The position numbers and the translations under genes are program-made. Under the pieces are notes generated by a model. The model was not told the origin of the DNA, did no database searches, and was given only the letters and a program-made list of their open reading frames with translations. A DNA stretch of 64,000 bases from positions 224,001-288,000 of the forward strand of contig CAWECG010000003.1 of assembly GCA_963807605.1 (NCBI GenBank). The letters are read 5' to 3'. This document shows, one piece after another, positions 30,689 to 40,044 of the stretch. This DNA comes from Candidatus Bathyarchaeota archaeon. GTDB lineage: Archaea; Thermoproteota; Bathyarchaeia; 40CM-2-53-6; RBG-13-38-9. How positions within the stretch are numbered: position 1 is the stretch's first letter; every line of letters begins with the position of its first letter.

Positions 30689-31702
30689 TCACGTGGAACC
30701 CTGCGTTTCCTTGATTACGTGCCGGATGTCATCTGCTGATAGGAATTCGCCGGTCTGCTCGACCTGGTGCACGAGTTCCACCAAGTGAGCATTCAACGGT
30801 GTCGGCACTCCCAACCGTCGACCCAACTGCACCACTTCTCCATTCAGGTAATCTATCTCCGTCGGTCGGCCACGTCGCAAGCTTTGCAGCGTTGAGCCTA
30901 ACAGCGTCCCATAGGGATCCATCCTTCGACCCATGCCTGCGAAGAAACGCGTAGCCAACCCCTCTGGAAGCCAAGCAAGCAATCGGAACAGAGTAACTGG
31001 CATTCCTGGTAGCGATTCCAGACGAACACCAGCCCTGTCGGTGACTCGAAAGCCCTCACGCATCAGGCCCACTGCAAGCCGGCGCAAGAAGGGGTCGGCA
31101 AAAACCTGACTCACGGGGTTGTTGGTTAAAGCGGGCAGAGCGTTATTCAGGTTAGCAATGAGCTTGAGCCAATGAGCCCCGCGCATATTGTCTGATACAT
31201 GGGTGGGGACAGCCTCGTTCAAAACAGAAGCGACTCTATCAACCTGCGCGTCCCGTGGCCCCATAGGGCGACCGATAACCAATGCCCCTTCATCAAGCAG
31301 CGTCACCCTACCAGCTGTGAGATACGTAGCTGCCAGCACCACTACGCCGCTGAGGATTTGGGGTTGAGGTAGCTGCGCAGCGACAAGTTCATCGCTGCGA
31401 ACTCCGTTCTGAAGCGTCACCAGCGGTACATCACTCAGAAAGGCCAAATTATCACGCATGGCGGTCATCACATCCTGAGTCTTAACAGTCAGAAGAACGA
31501 GGTCGGGTGTAAAGTCAAGCCTTTCGGCAGCCTTTACGTGAACAGTGAATTCCCCTCGGCAACCATCTACAAATAGCCCATTCCGGGAGATAGCATCTAC
31601 ATGCGAAGCGCGGCCAATGAGGACTACCTCCTGGCCCCTTTGAGCAAGCAGAGCTCCCAGTGCGCTGCCGATAGCGCCTGCACCGATTATTGAAATCCTC
31701 AC
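30689..31702 (-). CDS. panE: 2-dehydropantoate 2-reductase
   Basis: IIGAGAIG, TVK, LQNG, WLKLIAN, STLQ...GRPTEIDYLNG. Confidence 0.88.
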   Translation of the reverse strand: MRISIIGAGAIGSALGALLAQRGQEVVLIGRASHVDAISRNGLFVDGCRGEFTVHVKAAERLDFTPDLVLLTVKTQDVMTAMRDNLAFLSDVPLVTLQNGVRSDELVAAQLPQPQILSGVVVLAATYLTAGRVTLLDEGALVIGRPMGPRDAQVDRVASVLNEAVPTHVSDNMRGAHWLKLIANLNNALPALTNNPVSQVFADPFLRRLAVGLMREGFRVTDRAGVRLESLPGMPVTLFRLLAWLPEGLATRFFAGMGRRMDPYGTLLGSTLQSLRRGRPTEIDYLNGEVVQLGRRLGVPTPLNAHLVELVHQVEQTGEFLSADDIRHVIKETQGST

Positions 31703-31954
31703 GATCCAGCTCCCTTCGATACGACGAAATAGAAGACCTTGCTAACTATATGAGTTCGCCACCAACCCTTGACGATGCGATTTTGCTTGCGGTGCAAGCG
31801 ACGCGCGCGTAGAATGGTTCTTCAAGACAGGAGAAGAAAGAGAGCCAGAACTTAAGATCAAGCGCGCGCTAAGTTTTCTATCCTCCTAACACTTTCTTCG
31901 ATTGACGCTAAGCGTCAGTCATCGGGCCTAGCAAGACGTCAGATTCTGTTGGTG

Positions 31955-32017
31955 TTGTGTGTGCTCACCAGCTATGGCGCACACACAAAAAATCTAACGA
32001 TTCAAATAGCGCGCTAG
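31955..32017. repeat. ~60-bp hairpin repeat, copy 1
   Basis: TTGTGTGTGC...GCACACACAA stem, then TCTAACGATTCAAATAGCGCGCTAG. Confidence 0.85.
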
Positions 32018-32059
32018 AGGCTGATCGAGTAACAGGTACGAGCAAAGGGGAGTTAAGAG

Positions 32060-32611
32060 TTGACTATAAGAAACCTGAGCAAAGCAAAAGAAGCCTCTAT
32101 AATCGCAATATCAGCAGCCATTTATTCTGTATTCTTTTCTTTATCAGTTGTTCTAACACTACCGGGATTCACCATCCTCTACCTCCCCGTAATTTTGCTA
32201 GGAGTCTTTCCTCTTTGGTTTGGATGGAGCGGGTTAGCTGGCAGCATGATTGGAGCCTTCATTGGAGGTGCCTTCGTCGAGGGTTTAGGCTTTACTGGTG
32301 TAATAGAGTCGGTTACTGCTTTGATCATTTATGGCCTTAATAGGATTCTTATTCCCCAGAAAGCTACTGAGTTAAAGACAAAAAGGGATCTATTTCTGCT
32401 CTTAGTCGTGTATGCTGTGAGCCTCTTTGTGGGCACAAGTTACATCTTTTGGCAATATGTAATTTTGGGAGTGTTTAGCGCAAGAACCGCTGAACTATTC
32501 TTCTTGCCAACGTTTGGTCTTAACCTAGCTATCCAATGGATCATCTGCCCAGTTCTGATTAAGAGATTGTCGCCAAAACTGAAAAGCTTAGGAATCTATT
32601 CCGGAAAATAG
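32060..32611 (+). CDS. QueT/ECF S-component-like membrane protein
   Basis: AISAAIY, PLWFG..G.AG..IGAFIG; five to six TM segments. Confidence 0.6.
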   Translation: MTIRNLSKAKEASIIAISAAIYSVFFSLSVVLTLPGFTILYLPVILLGVFPLWFGWSGLAGSMIGAFIGGAFVEGLGFTGVIESVTALIIYGLNRILIPQKATELKTKRDLFLLLVVYAVSLFVGTSYIFWQYVILGVFSARTAELFFLPTFGLNLAIQWIICPVLIKRLSPKLKSLGIYSGK

Positions 32612-32772
32612 GTTACCCATCAGCTAGACCAATATGTTGGACTGGCCTACATTCCACGATCAGTTCCACGCCAAAAGCATCACAACAACGTGGAATTCCA
32701 GTGGAGCCAGTTATCTATATCTCATATCTCCTGGTGCGGTCGCCAAAAACCGGCCCGTTAGGCCAAGGCAAT

Positions 32773-32830
32773 TTGTGTGTGCTCACCAGCTATAGCGCGC
32801 ACACACAATCTAACGATTCAAATAGCGCGC
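32773..32830. repeat. ~60-bp hairpin repeat, copy 2 (terminal GCGC box interrupted by an IS)
   Basis: Near-identical to 31955-32017. Confidence 0.85.
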
Positions 32831-33935
32831 GGGGTTGTCCCGTTATTAGCGTTTTCATGTTAGGTTTGTCCAGTAGGTTATGCTTCTGGTTTTGGTGGGT
32901 TGTTTGGTGTTGTGTGAGGCTTCTATGGTGTAGAGGAGGCATAGTATGCAGTAGCTGATGTGGATGGTGATGTTTTCTAGTCCTCGTGTCTTGTGGTTGT
33001 TGAGGTTGAGGTGTTCTTTGAGTGATGCGAAGACCAACTCGATGATGGAGCGTTTATTGTAGATGTGTTTGAGGTTTTCTGGGCCGTGTGTTTTGAAGTC
33101 GCTGGTTACTCTGAGGATGTTTTGTCTTTCAGGTTTCTGGTTGGCTGGGTAGGGTATCGCGGTCTTGATTCTGTGTTTTTTAGCGGTCTCTCTGAGTCTG
33201 TTGCTGGAGTATTGACTGTCAGCGGTTAGCTGTCGGATTCTGGTTGCTGTGGTTTTAACTGTCATTTTGAGGAGTGGTATGCTCGGTTTCTTCTCGTTAG
33301 TGTTTGCTGGTGTCACTAGGAATGTTAGGGGTGTGGCTGTGTCTGTATCGACTGTTAGGTGTAGTTTGTAGCCTAACCCGTATGTGCGGTAGGCTCTTCC
33401 TACACGTGCTTGAGGGTCACTGAAGCCTGTTCTATTGTTTATGTTTCGTCTGCTGTAGGCTTTGATGAAGGTGGCGTCCATAGCAACTATTCTTGGTGTT
33501 ACATAGCGCTTCTTCAGTAATTTCTTGACCTGTTTGTTTACTATGCGTCTTAGTCTTCTTGTTCCTAGTCGCTGGTTGAATCTTGAGAGTACCGTCCTAC
33601 CGTAGGCTGGCTCCTCATATCTTATGTCGCATATGTCACGTAGCCGCTCATCGATCCATAAGCGACGTTCAAGCTCACGCAGACTGTTTATTCTGAGGTA
33701 GCGTCTGGCAAGGTGTGCCTTGAAGAGTCCTAGAGGGTTACGTGGAGGTTTACCTGGACCTTCTTGATGATAGCAACTAACAACTAGACGTTCAACAAAT
33801 GATAAATCCAGATTACTCAGCAGTGACTCCAGAGTCTCGTACCCTTCTATCTGGAATCTCCTCCAAGTAGAAGGGTGCGGGGCTCAACCCTTATGGATCT
33901 TTCCGTGTCAACTCAAAGAATATCGGGACAACCCT
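32831..33935 (-). mobile_element. IS5-like insertion sequence, 1105 bp
   Basis: TIRs GGGGTTGTCCCGTTATT / AGGGTTGTCCCGATATT; flanked by GCGCGC at 32825-32830 and 33936-33941. Confidence 0.9.
32855..33850 (-). CDS. DDE transposase (IS4/IS5 type); frame open upstream of the ATG at 33481, start non-canonical or frameshifted
   Basis: Manual translation gives IEGYETLESLLSNLDLSFVERLV...GKPPRNPLGLFKAHL, continuous with MDATFIKAYS; paralogous to 22550-23617. Confidence 0.82.
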   Translation of the reverse strand: MEGYETLESLLSNLDLSFVERLVVSCYHQEGPGKPPRNPLGLFKAHLARRYLRINSLRELERRLWIDERLRDICDIRYEEPAYGRTVLSRFNQRLGTRRLRRIVNKQVKKLLKKRYVTPRIVAMDATFIKAYSRRNINNRTGFSDPQARVGRAYRTYGLGYKLHLTVDTDTATPLTFLVTPANTNEKKPSIPLLKMTVKTTATRIRQLTADSQYSSNRLRETAKKHRIKTAIPYPANQKPERQNILRVTSDFKTHGPENLKHIYNKRSIIELVFASLKEHLNLNNHKTRGLENITIHISYCILCLLYTIEASHNTKQPTKTRSITYWTNLT

Positions 33936-34040
33936 GCGCGCTAGATTGTTGATGTTGCTGCGCCTCGCGTGCTCAGGACTGGTCATTGAAACCGTGAACG
34001 TTCCCGCCCTACCGCGCACGGGAAGATACACGCTTGCAGG

Positions 34041-34439
34041 CTAGGCCGCTGTGGCACCTTTACCGAAGAAGCTTCTAACTTTCGGCGTGTTCAGGTAGAA
34101 TAATGCCACCAGATCAAGGATCAGTGTGATGAGGCCCCAGATGTGTCCTCGTGCCATGTTGACAACTGCGAAGATGGCGCCTATTACTGTGAGGATGAGT
34201 GTCCATTTCCACGCCCAACCTTGAGCAGTCCACAACCCATAAGCCATGAGAAACTGAACGAATCCTATTATCATGAAGATTAAACTGAGAATCGTCAGGA
34301 TCGCTTCCAGCCTGACTCGGAATACTATCATTTCAGCAAGACCGAGTAGAAATGCGCCTCCGACAATTCGTAGTATTCCGGAAACCACTTCAAGAATCGT
34401 CAGAATTGTTACGCCGACAGGTCTAGTTTGACTCGACAT
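34041..34439 (-). CDS. Conserved archaeal 4-TM membrane protein
   Basis: RPVGVTIL, YGLW..QGWAW, YLNTPKVRSFF. Confidence 0.75.
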   Translation of the reverse strand: MSSQTRPVGVTILTILEVVSGILRIVGGAFLLGLAEMIVFRVRLEAILTILSLIFMIIGFVQFLMAYGLWTAQGWAWKWTLILTVIGAIFAVVNMARGHIWGLITLILDLVALFYLNTPKVRSFFGKGATAA

Positions 34440-34497
34440 ACGACTCAGTTACCCCTCTAGTCACCCGTTCCGGTTCTTAAAAAAGCGCGCGCTATTT

Positions 34498-35454
34498 CTA
34501 TATGTACTCGCCGGCGTTTATCAGCAGCACTTGACCATTGATGTAGTTGCCTTCCTCCGCGAGGAAGACGACCAACTTGGCAACTTCTTCAGGTTCTCCT
34601 CTCCTTCCAAGAGGTATCTTAGAGACTCTTTCCTGCAAGAGGCCTGGAGGAATGGCATCTGTCATCCTCGTGTGAATGAATCCGGGAGCTATAGCGTTGC
34701 ACAGTATGTCGTATTGCGCATATTCTCTTGCAATGACTTTTGTGAGCGAGATGACACCACCCTTGGCAGCAGCGTAGTTGGCTTGGCCAACAGGTCCGTC
34801 TAGCGCGCCTTGGGAACTCATGTTTATTATCCTTCCCCTACCCGCCTCGATCATGTGAGGAATAACTGCCTTGGTGCAGTTGAAGACTCCTGTTAGGTTT
34901 ACGTTAATCACGCTCTGCCAATCCTGAGGACTCATGTTTGTGACGAGTCTGTCAATAGTTATTCCTGCGTTGTTTACCAGTACATCTATTCGGCCGAATT
35001 CCCTTAGCACTTGATCGGTCATCCGTTGGACATCATCGTACTTGGAGACATCAGCATTCACGAATACTGATCTCCCTCCCAGACTCTCGATCTGTTTCAT
35101 TACATCTTTGCCTTCCTCAGAGAGCTCCAGGTCATTTATTGCAACTTCATAGCCTTTCCTTGCTAGTTCGATTGCTATTGCTTTGCCTATGCCCCGTGTC
35201 GCGCCGGTTACCAGAGCAGCTTTTCTCTTTCCAGCTTCCGCCGTTTTTGGAACGAAGTAGGCGAAATCGCCGAAGTCTGTCCGTTTCGTCTGGATTGTTC
35301 CAGACATGCCGATCTTCAAGATCTCGAAATGGGACCGTTCTATTCTGACAGGCTTTCTCTTTCCTTCGTCGTCTTCCGCTATTCCTACTACATATTCTGT
35401 CTTGAATGGCGGGGGCACAATCGATACTAGTGAGAACGAGACCAGTCTGGCCAT
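34498..35454 (-). CDS. DUF35-type OB-fold fused to FabG/PhaB-like ketoacyl reductase (SDR)
   Basis: N-terminal ~72 aa (SFSLVSIVPPPF..EYVVGIAE) then TGATRGIG, NNAG, YAAAK, PG. Confidence 0.8.
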   Translation of the reverse strand: MARLVSFSLVSIVPPPFKTEYVVGIAEDDEGKRKPVRIERSHFEILKIGMSGTIQTKRTDFGDFAYFVPKTAEAGKRKAALVTGATRGIGKAIAIELARKGYEVAINDLELSEEGKDVMKQIESLGGRSVFVNADVSKYDDVQRMTDQVLREFGRIDVLVNNAGITIDRLVTNMSPQDWQSVINVNLTGVFNCTKAVIPHMIEAGRGRIINMSSQGALDGPVGQANYAAAKGGVISLTKVIAREYAQYDILCNAIAPGFIHTRMTDAIPPGLLQERVSKIPLGRRGEPEEVAKLVVFLAEEGNYINGQVLLINAGEYI

Positions 35455-35458
35455 CTTT

Positions 35459-36616
35459 TCATCTCCCCAGAATAGTCACTATAGATGTTGCGCCGGTTCC
35501 TCCATGATTTTCAACCAGGCCTGAGTTCACGTCAGGAAGTTGTCTTTCACCAGCTTCACCCCGAAGCTGCAGAAATACCTCGATCATCATTCCGATTCCG
35601 GTGGCTCCCACAGGATGGCCTTTTCCCTTCAAACCGCCACTTACATTGACAGGTAGTTCTCCATTGAATTCTACGGTACCTTCCCTGATCAGCTGGTAGC
35701 CTTTGCCCTTCTCAGCAAATCCAAGATCTTCATAAAGCATCAGTTCCACAGGTGTGAAGGGTTCATGAACCTCGGCAAAATCAATCTTCTTCGCGTCAGT
35801 TTCCGCCTCTTTGAATGCTTTCAAAGCGGCTTTCTTGCTGGCGACGACTGAGGTGGGGTCAGCGCGTTCGAATACACCCATTGTATCGTGTGCTAGACCC
35901 ATTCCTTTGATGTAGACAGGCATGTCAGTGTACTGCTTTGGTTTTCTGCTCAGCAATATTGCTGTGGCCCCGTCACTGATTGGACTGGAGTGAAGAAGCC
36001 GTATTGGTGAGGCAATCAGACGTGAATTCTTGACGTCATCAATACTGATCTTCTTATGGAATTGAGCCCACGGGTTTCTTAGCGCATTATTATGATTCTT
36101 GACGGAGACTGAAGCGAAATCATCTTCGGTGGCACCATACTTGTCCATATACATCTGGGCCATCATTGCGTATGCAGCGGGCTGCGTTATGCCCATTGCG
36201 TTTTCTTCTGGTGAGCCACCCCGTATCAATACTGACGTCGTAGTCGCAGTGGATAGTCGGGTCATCTTCTCAAATCCAACCACAAGAATGTTGTCGGCAT
36301 ATCCGGCAATCAGCATCTTTCTTGCCAGATACGCAGCCATGCTGCCGCTAGCACAGGCTGCCTCGACTCGAAACGCTTCAGCATCAAAGTTATTGAGATA
36401 TCTTAAGGCCAATGCTCCGGTCTGATGTTGATTGGAGAATTGATTATCTACACAACTCACTATCACGATTCCTATGTCCTTAGGATCTATTCCTTTCTCA
36501 ACCCCGTTGATGCAATCCCGTACGACGCATTCTATCAGCTGGGGAGTATTCTCCTTCAGAACACCATACTTTGTATGGCTGAAAGATACAATGGCGACGT
36601 CGTTCACATCTCTCAC
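35459..36616 (-). CDS. Archaeal-type thiolase (acetyl-CoA acetyltransferase)
   Basis: EAACASG catalytic Cys, GFEKM, NVSGGL...GHPVGATG. Confidence 0.92.
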   Translation of the reverse strand: MRDVNDVAIVSFSHTKYGVLKENTPQLIECVVRDCINGVEKGIDPKDIGIVIVSCVDNQFSNQHQTGALALRYLNNFDAEAFRVEAACASGSMAAYLARKMLIAGYADNILVVGFEKMTRLSTATTTSVLIRGGSPEENAMGITQPAAYAMMAQMYMDKYGATEDDFASVSVKNHNNALRNPWAQFHKKISIDDVKNSRLIASPIRLLHSSPISDGATAILLSRKPKQYTDMPVYIKGMGLAHDTMGVFERADPTSVVASKKAALKAFKEAETDAKKIDFAEVHEPFTPVELMLYEDLGFAEKGKGYQLIREGTVEFNGELPVNVSGGLKGKGHPVGATGIGMMIEVFLQLRGEAGERQLPDVNSGLVENHGGTGATSIVTILGR

Positions 36617-36822
36617 CTCTTCAGGCTAGCAGGAGATGAATGCCCGCGAAAATAAGTCTAGCGCACTGAGCGCACAAGGAGTGCCACGCTAGCGACCTCT
36701 CGATCTACCAACCCCGGGGGCCGACTTGAAGACTCTATGCGCGCGTTTGTCTGACGCTAGCATCTGCTAGCCCAATTTCGCATACTTAAATCAAATTTCC
36801 TTTATTGTTTCTGATCGGTCTA

Positions 36823-37182
36823 TTACTGAGCTTTTTCCGGTTTGAATTCCCCTCGCAATAGGTCTGTTCTGGGCGGGGAGAACGACTCCAAGCAGATGTA
36901 TTCTTCGTCGCCAGTGATCTTGCCTGAGTGCGCTATGTTTGCTGGGATGAGAAAACTGTAGCCCTTCTTGATGAGGAATGTTTTATCTCCTATTTTGAAT
37001 GTGGCCTCACCCTGAAGGCAGTACGCGATCTGCTCCTGAGGATGCTTGTGCTCAGGTATTTCAGAGCCAGGTTTGATTCTGGAGTAGACCATAGTCATCT
37101 TCTCTCCGCTCCTCACAACCTTCATGCGGGCTCCTGGATGTCCTTCCCAGAATGCGAGTTGCTCCGTATCTACTGCTGACAT
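36823..37182 (-). CDS. Cupin domain protein
   Basis: PEHKHPQEQ, IPANIAHS, FSPPR; start taken at MSAVD. Confidence 0.85.
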   Translation of the reverse strand: MSAVDTEQLAFWEGHPGARMKVVRSGEKMTMVYSRIKPGSEIPEHKHPQEQIAYCLQGEATFKIGDKTFLIKKGYSFLIPANIAHSGKITGDEEYICLESFSPPRTDLLRGEFKPEKAQ

Positions 37183-37324
37183 GATTCTTCTCTTGAAGAT
37201 GTGGCGGGGTAAATTCTTAAGAGTTATGTCATACCTGATGTGCTGCGAATAGCTCGGTTTGGAATGACTGCTGTTCATAAAGTCAAGAACTAGAACTGTA
37301 TGCGGCTGACTTGGTGTATTATCT

Positions 37325-38419
37325 TTGGGACTACCCGAGAAGATCAAAGCAATAGAAGAAGAGATGAGTAAGACCCAGATCCACAAACACACTGAGCATC
37401 ATATCGGACTTTTGAAGGCAAAGCTTGCAAGGCTGAGGGCTGAGCAAGAGAAGATACAGAGCTCTAGGAAAGGCGGCGGCGTTGGCTTTGAACTGAAAAA
37501 AGGCGGCGACTGCACCGTTGTCCTTATAGGCCTACCAAGCGTTGGAAAATCCACGATACTGAACAGACTGACTAATGCAAAGTCAAAAGTCGCGCCCTAC
37601 GCCTTCACCACTCTAACCGTTATTCCTGGTCTGCTTGAATACAAAGGTGCAAAGATACAGATCCTTGATCTTCCAGGCATAATTGCTGGCGCAGCAACTG
37701 GAAGCGGCAGGGGAAAAAGAGTCCTCTCCGTCGCCAGAAATGCAGACCTAATAATGCTGATTGTCGACGTATTTCAGCCCGCCCAGATAGAAGTCTTGAA
37801 GAAAGAACTTCACACGATGGGCATCAGACTCAATACTCATCCACCTAACATCAGTATTGATAGATCATCCCAAGGCGAGCTCGGTGTAACAGCAGCCTGC
37901 AAGCTGACTAAACTGTCCAAACCCACGGCCAAAGCGATACTGAACATTTACGGGATCCATCATGGAAACGTCATCATAAGAGAGGACATCACTGACGACG
38001 ATCTCATCGATATTGTGGCTGGAAACAGGCGATATGTGCCGGCAGTCAGTGTCCTGAATAAGATCGACCTAGTCAGTCACGAGTACGTGGCTGAAGCCAG
38101 AAAGCAGACACGCGAAGACTTCGTACCGATATCTGCTGACCGAAACATCAACCTTGAAAGCCTAAAGGAGGCCATCTACGACCGTCTGAATTTTGTCAGG
38201 GTCTTTCTTAAGCCGCGCAATGGTGAACCAGACTTTGACGAGCCACTCATACTCACAGCAGGATCCACCATATCAGATGTTTGCGCCAAGATTCATCGAA
38301 GAATTGCTGACGAAGCGAAGTATGCACTGGTTTCTGGAACCAGCGTGAAGTTCAGTCCTCAACGCGTTGGAATGGACCATGTCATACGCGACCGAGACAT
38401 AGTGACAGTCGTAACCTAA
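37325..38419 (+). CDS. DRG/Rbg-family GTPase with TGS domain
   Basis: GLPSVGKST, YAFTT, DLPG, NKID, C-terminal TGS domain. Confidence 0.93.
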   Translation: MGLPEKIKAIEEEMSKTQIHKHTEHHIGLLKAKLARLRAEQEKIQSSRKGGGVGFELKKGGDCTVVLIGLPSVGKSTILNRLTNAKSKVAPYAFTTLTVIPGLLEYKGAKIQILDLPGIIAGAATGSGRGKRVLSVARNADLIMLIVDVFQPAQIEVLKKELHTMGIRLNTHPPNISIDRSSQGELGVTAACKLTKLSKPTAKAILNIYGIHHGNVIIREDITDDDLIDIVAGNRRYVPAVSVLNKIDLVSHEYVAEARKQTREDFVPISADRNINLESLKEAIYDRLNFVRVFLKPRNGEPDFDEPLILTAGSTISDVCAKIHRRIADEAKYALVSGTSVKFSPQRVGMDHVIRDRDIVTVVT

Positions 38420-38516
38420 GCGCGCGCTCTCTCGCTGACGCACACGTCAGGCTGTTCAATCTCTCGTATATTGATTGGTCGAAGGTGTCACAGATACGCA
38501 CGCGTGGAGAAATCTC

Positions 38517-39086
38517 TCATTTCTGAGGAGATTCACCAAGGATTTCCGCTGCAGCTTCCTCGTAAGTTTGCAGGTCGGATGCACTGAATAGGACGAAATT
38601 AACCTGTTCGAGAAAGTCTTTCCTCTCCAGGAATTCTTTAACAGTCTTTAATGCTATTCTCGCTGCTTCCCTGATGGGATACCTATATGCTCCGGTACTT
38701 ATCGAGGGAAAAGACACTCGCTTCAATCCGTTTCGCATTGCCAGTTCGAGCGAGTTATGATAGGCGTCAGAAAGTAGTTGCGGTTCCCCATGATTTCCAC
38801 CACTCCATATTGGGCCTACCGTATGGATCACATATCGGGCTTTGAGGTTGCCGCCCGTGGTTATCACAGCTCTACCTGTTGGCAGTCCCTCACGCCATTC
38901 GCTGGCCCTTATCTTCTTACATTCCTTTAGTATCTTGGGGCCGCCTATCCGGTGGATAGCGCCATCTACTCCACCACCACCCAGCAGACTTGAATTCGCA
39001 GCATTTACTATGGCATCAACATCTTGATCTGTTATATCGCCTTGAACAAGGCAGAGCTTAGCTCCACCCACCAGTCTCTCCGTCAC
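38517..39086 (-). CDS. Macro domain (YmdB-like) O-acetyl-ADP-ribose deacetylase
   Basis: GDIT, AIVNAAN..L.GGGGVDGAIH, HTVGP, PSISTG. Confidence 0.93.
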   Translation of the reverse strand: MTERLVGGAKLCLVQGDITDQDVDAIVNAANSSLLGGGGVDGAIHRIGGPKILKECKKIRASEWREGLPTGRAVITTGGNLKARYVIHTVGPIWSGGNHGEPQLLSDAYHNSLELAMRNGLKRVSFPSISTGAYRYPIREAARIALKTVKEFLERKDFLEQVNFVLFSASDLQTYEEAAAEILGESPQK

Positions 39087-39212
39087 CTTTTACAAACCTC
39101 CACTTCTTGGTTTCTCAAGTCACTAATTGTTGAAGAATAGTGTCTCTTAAACAACTATTTCTCTCACCTAATAGGAGAGTCGAGTCTTCTTGGGATCTTA
39201 TTGTCATTCGTA

Positions 39213-39815
39213 TCAGTACTGGTAGTGTATCTGATATGTTCGTGCGTGGGCTGAAAGATTTCTGCGGTAAAGGCCGTATAAGACGCCAACAAATAGGCCT
39301 GCAAGGTGAGCTCCATGAGCGATTTCAGAAGGACCGAAGAGTCCTGTGAAGTCAAGAAAAGCCCAGAGAACTGCGGCGGCTATCATGGGCAACGGCAAGA
39401 GTCCATATATGTATACTAGCATGAATGGTGCAAGAGTTGCCAAGGCTCCCATAACTCCGTAGATCGCTCCAGACGCACCTATGGCTGGAGTGTAAGGATC
39501 CGGGCTCGTCAGCATGTATCCAACGTTTCCGATTATTCCCGACAAGAAAAAGAGTGCTAGGAAGGCTCGACCCCCGATCATTCTTTCTAGACTCGTGCCA
39601 AAGAAGAACAGGGCTATCATGTTGAAGAAGAGATGGGACAGATCAGCATGCAGAAAAATCGATGTCACAAACATCCACGGCGCGCTTAACGCCACTCCTG
39701 GGAAGAAAGCCAGATAAATCCATGAGTCGGTGATATTCTGGAAGACAAAGGCTACCACACAAATACCGATGAGTATCAGAGTCCACTTTGAAAAGTAATC
39801 CATGGTCTTCTCCAC
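39213..39815 (-). CDS. Rhomboid intramembrane serine protease
   Basis: HLFFNM, GASGA, AHLAG. Confidence 0.92.
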   Translation of the reverse strand: MEKTMDYFSKWTLILIGICVVAFVFQNITDSWIYLAFFPGVALSAPWMFVTSIFLHADLSHLFFNMIALFFFGTSLERMIGGRAFLALFFLSGIIGNVGYMLTSPDPYTPAIGASGAIYGVMGALATLAPFMLVYIYGLLPLPMIAAAVLWAFLDFTGLFGPSEIAHGAHLAGLFVGVLYGLYRRNLSAHARTYQIHYQY

Positions 39816-40044
39816 ATATTGCCTTCACAAGAAGGCCGATGATCTTCTTTAAGATTTATGAAATCCTTAGCTTAATCATTCCAAAGGATGAGTGGGAGTG
39901 ATGAGCAACCTAGTTTTGCGAGAAGTCGATGGACTGGAAATCAAGAATCATTGATAATTTTACAGACATATTGATGTCCGAGTCGGCTGGTGCTGAGCGA
40001 GCGCCTTTTGGCAAGGATGAGGTCATGAGACCGGCAGTGCGCGC

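Noticed and set aside
31955-32830. Hairpin repeats as canonical integron attC sites
   Set aside because: The RYYYAAC-like box follows the hairpin rather than preceding it, there is no closing GTTRRRY, and no IntI gene is present.
36823-37392. 189-aa version of the cupin ORF
   Set aside because: The extension overlaps the divergent DRG gene start; the ATG at 37182 gives a typical cupin.
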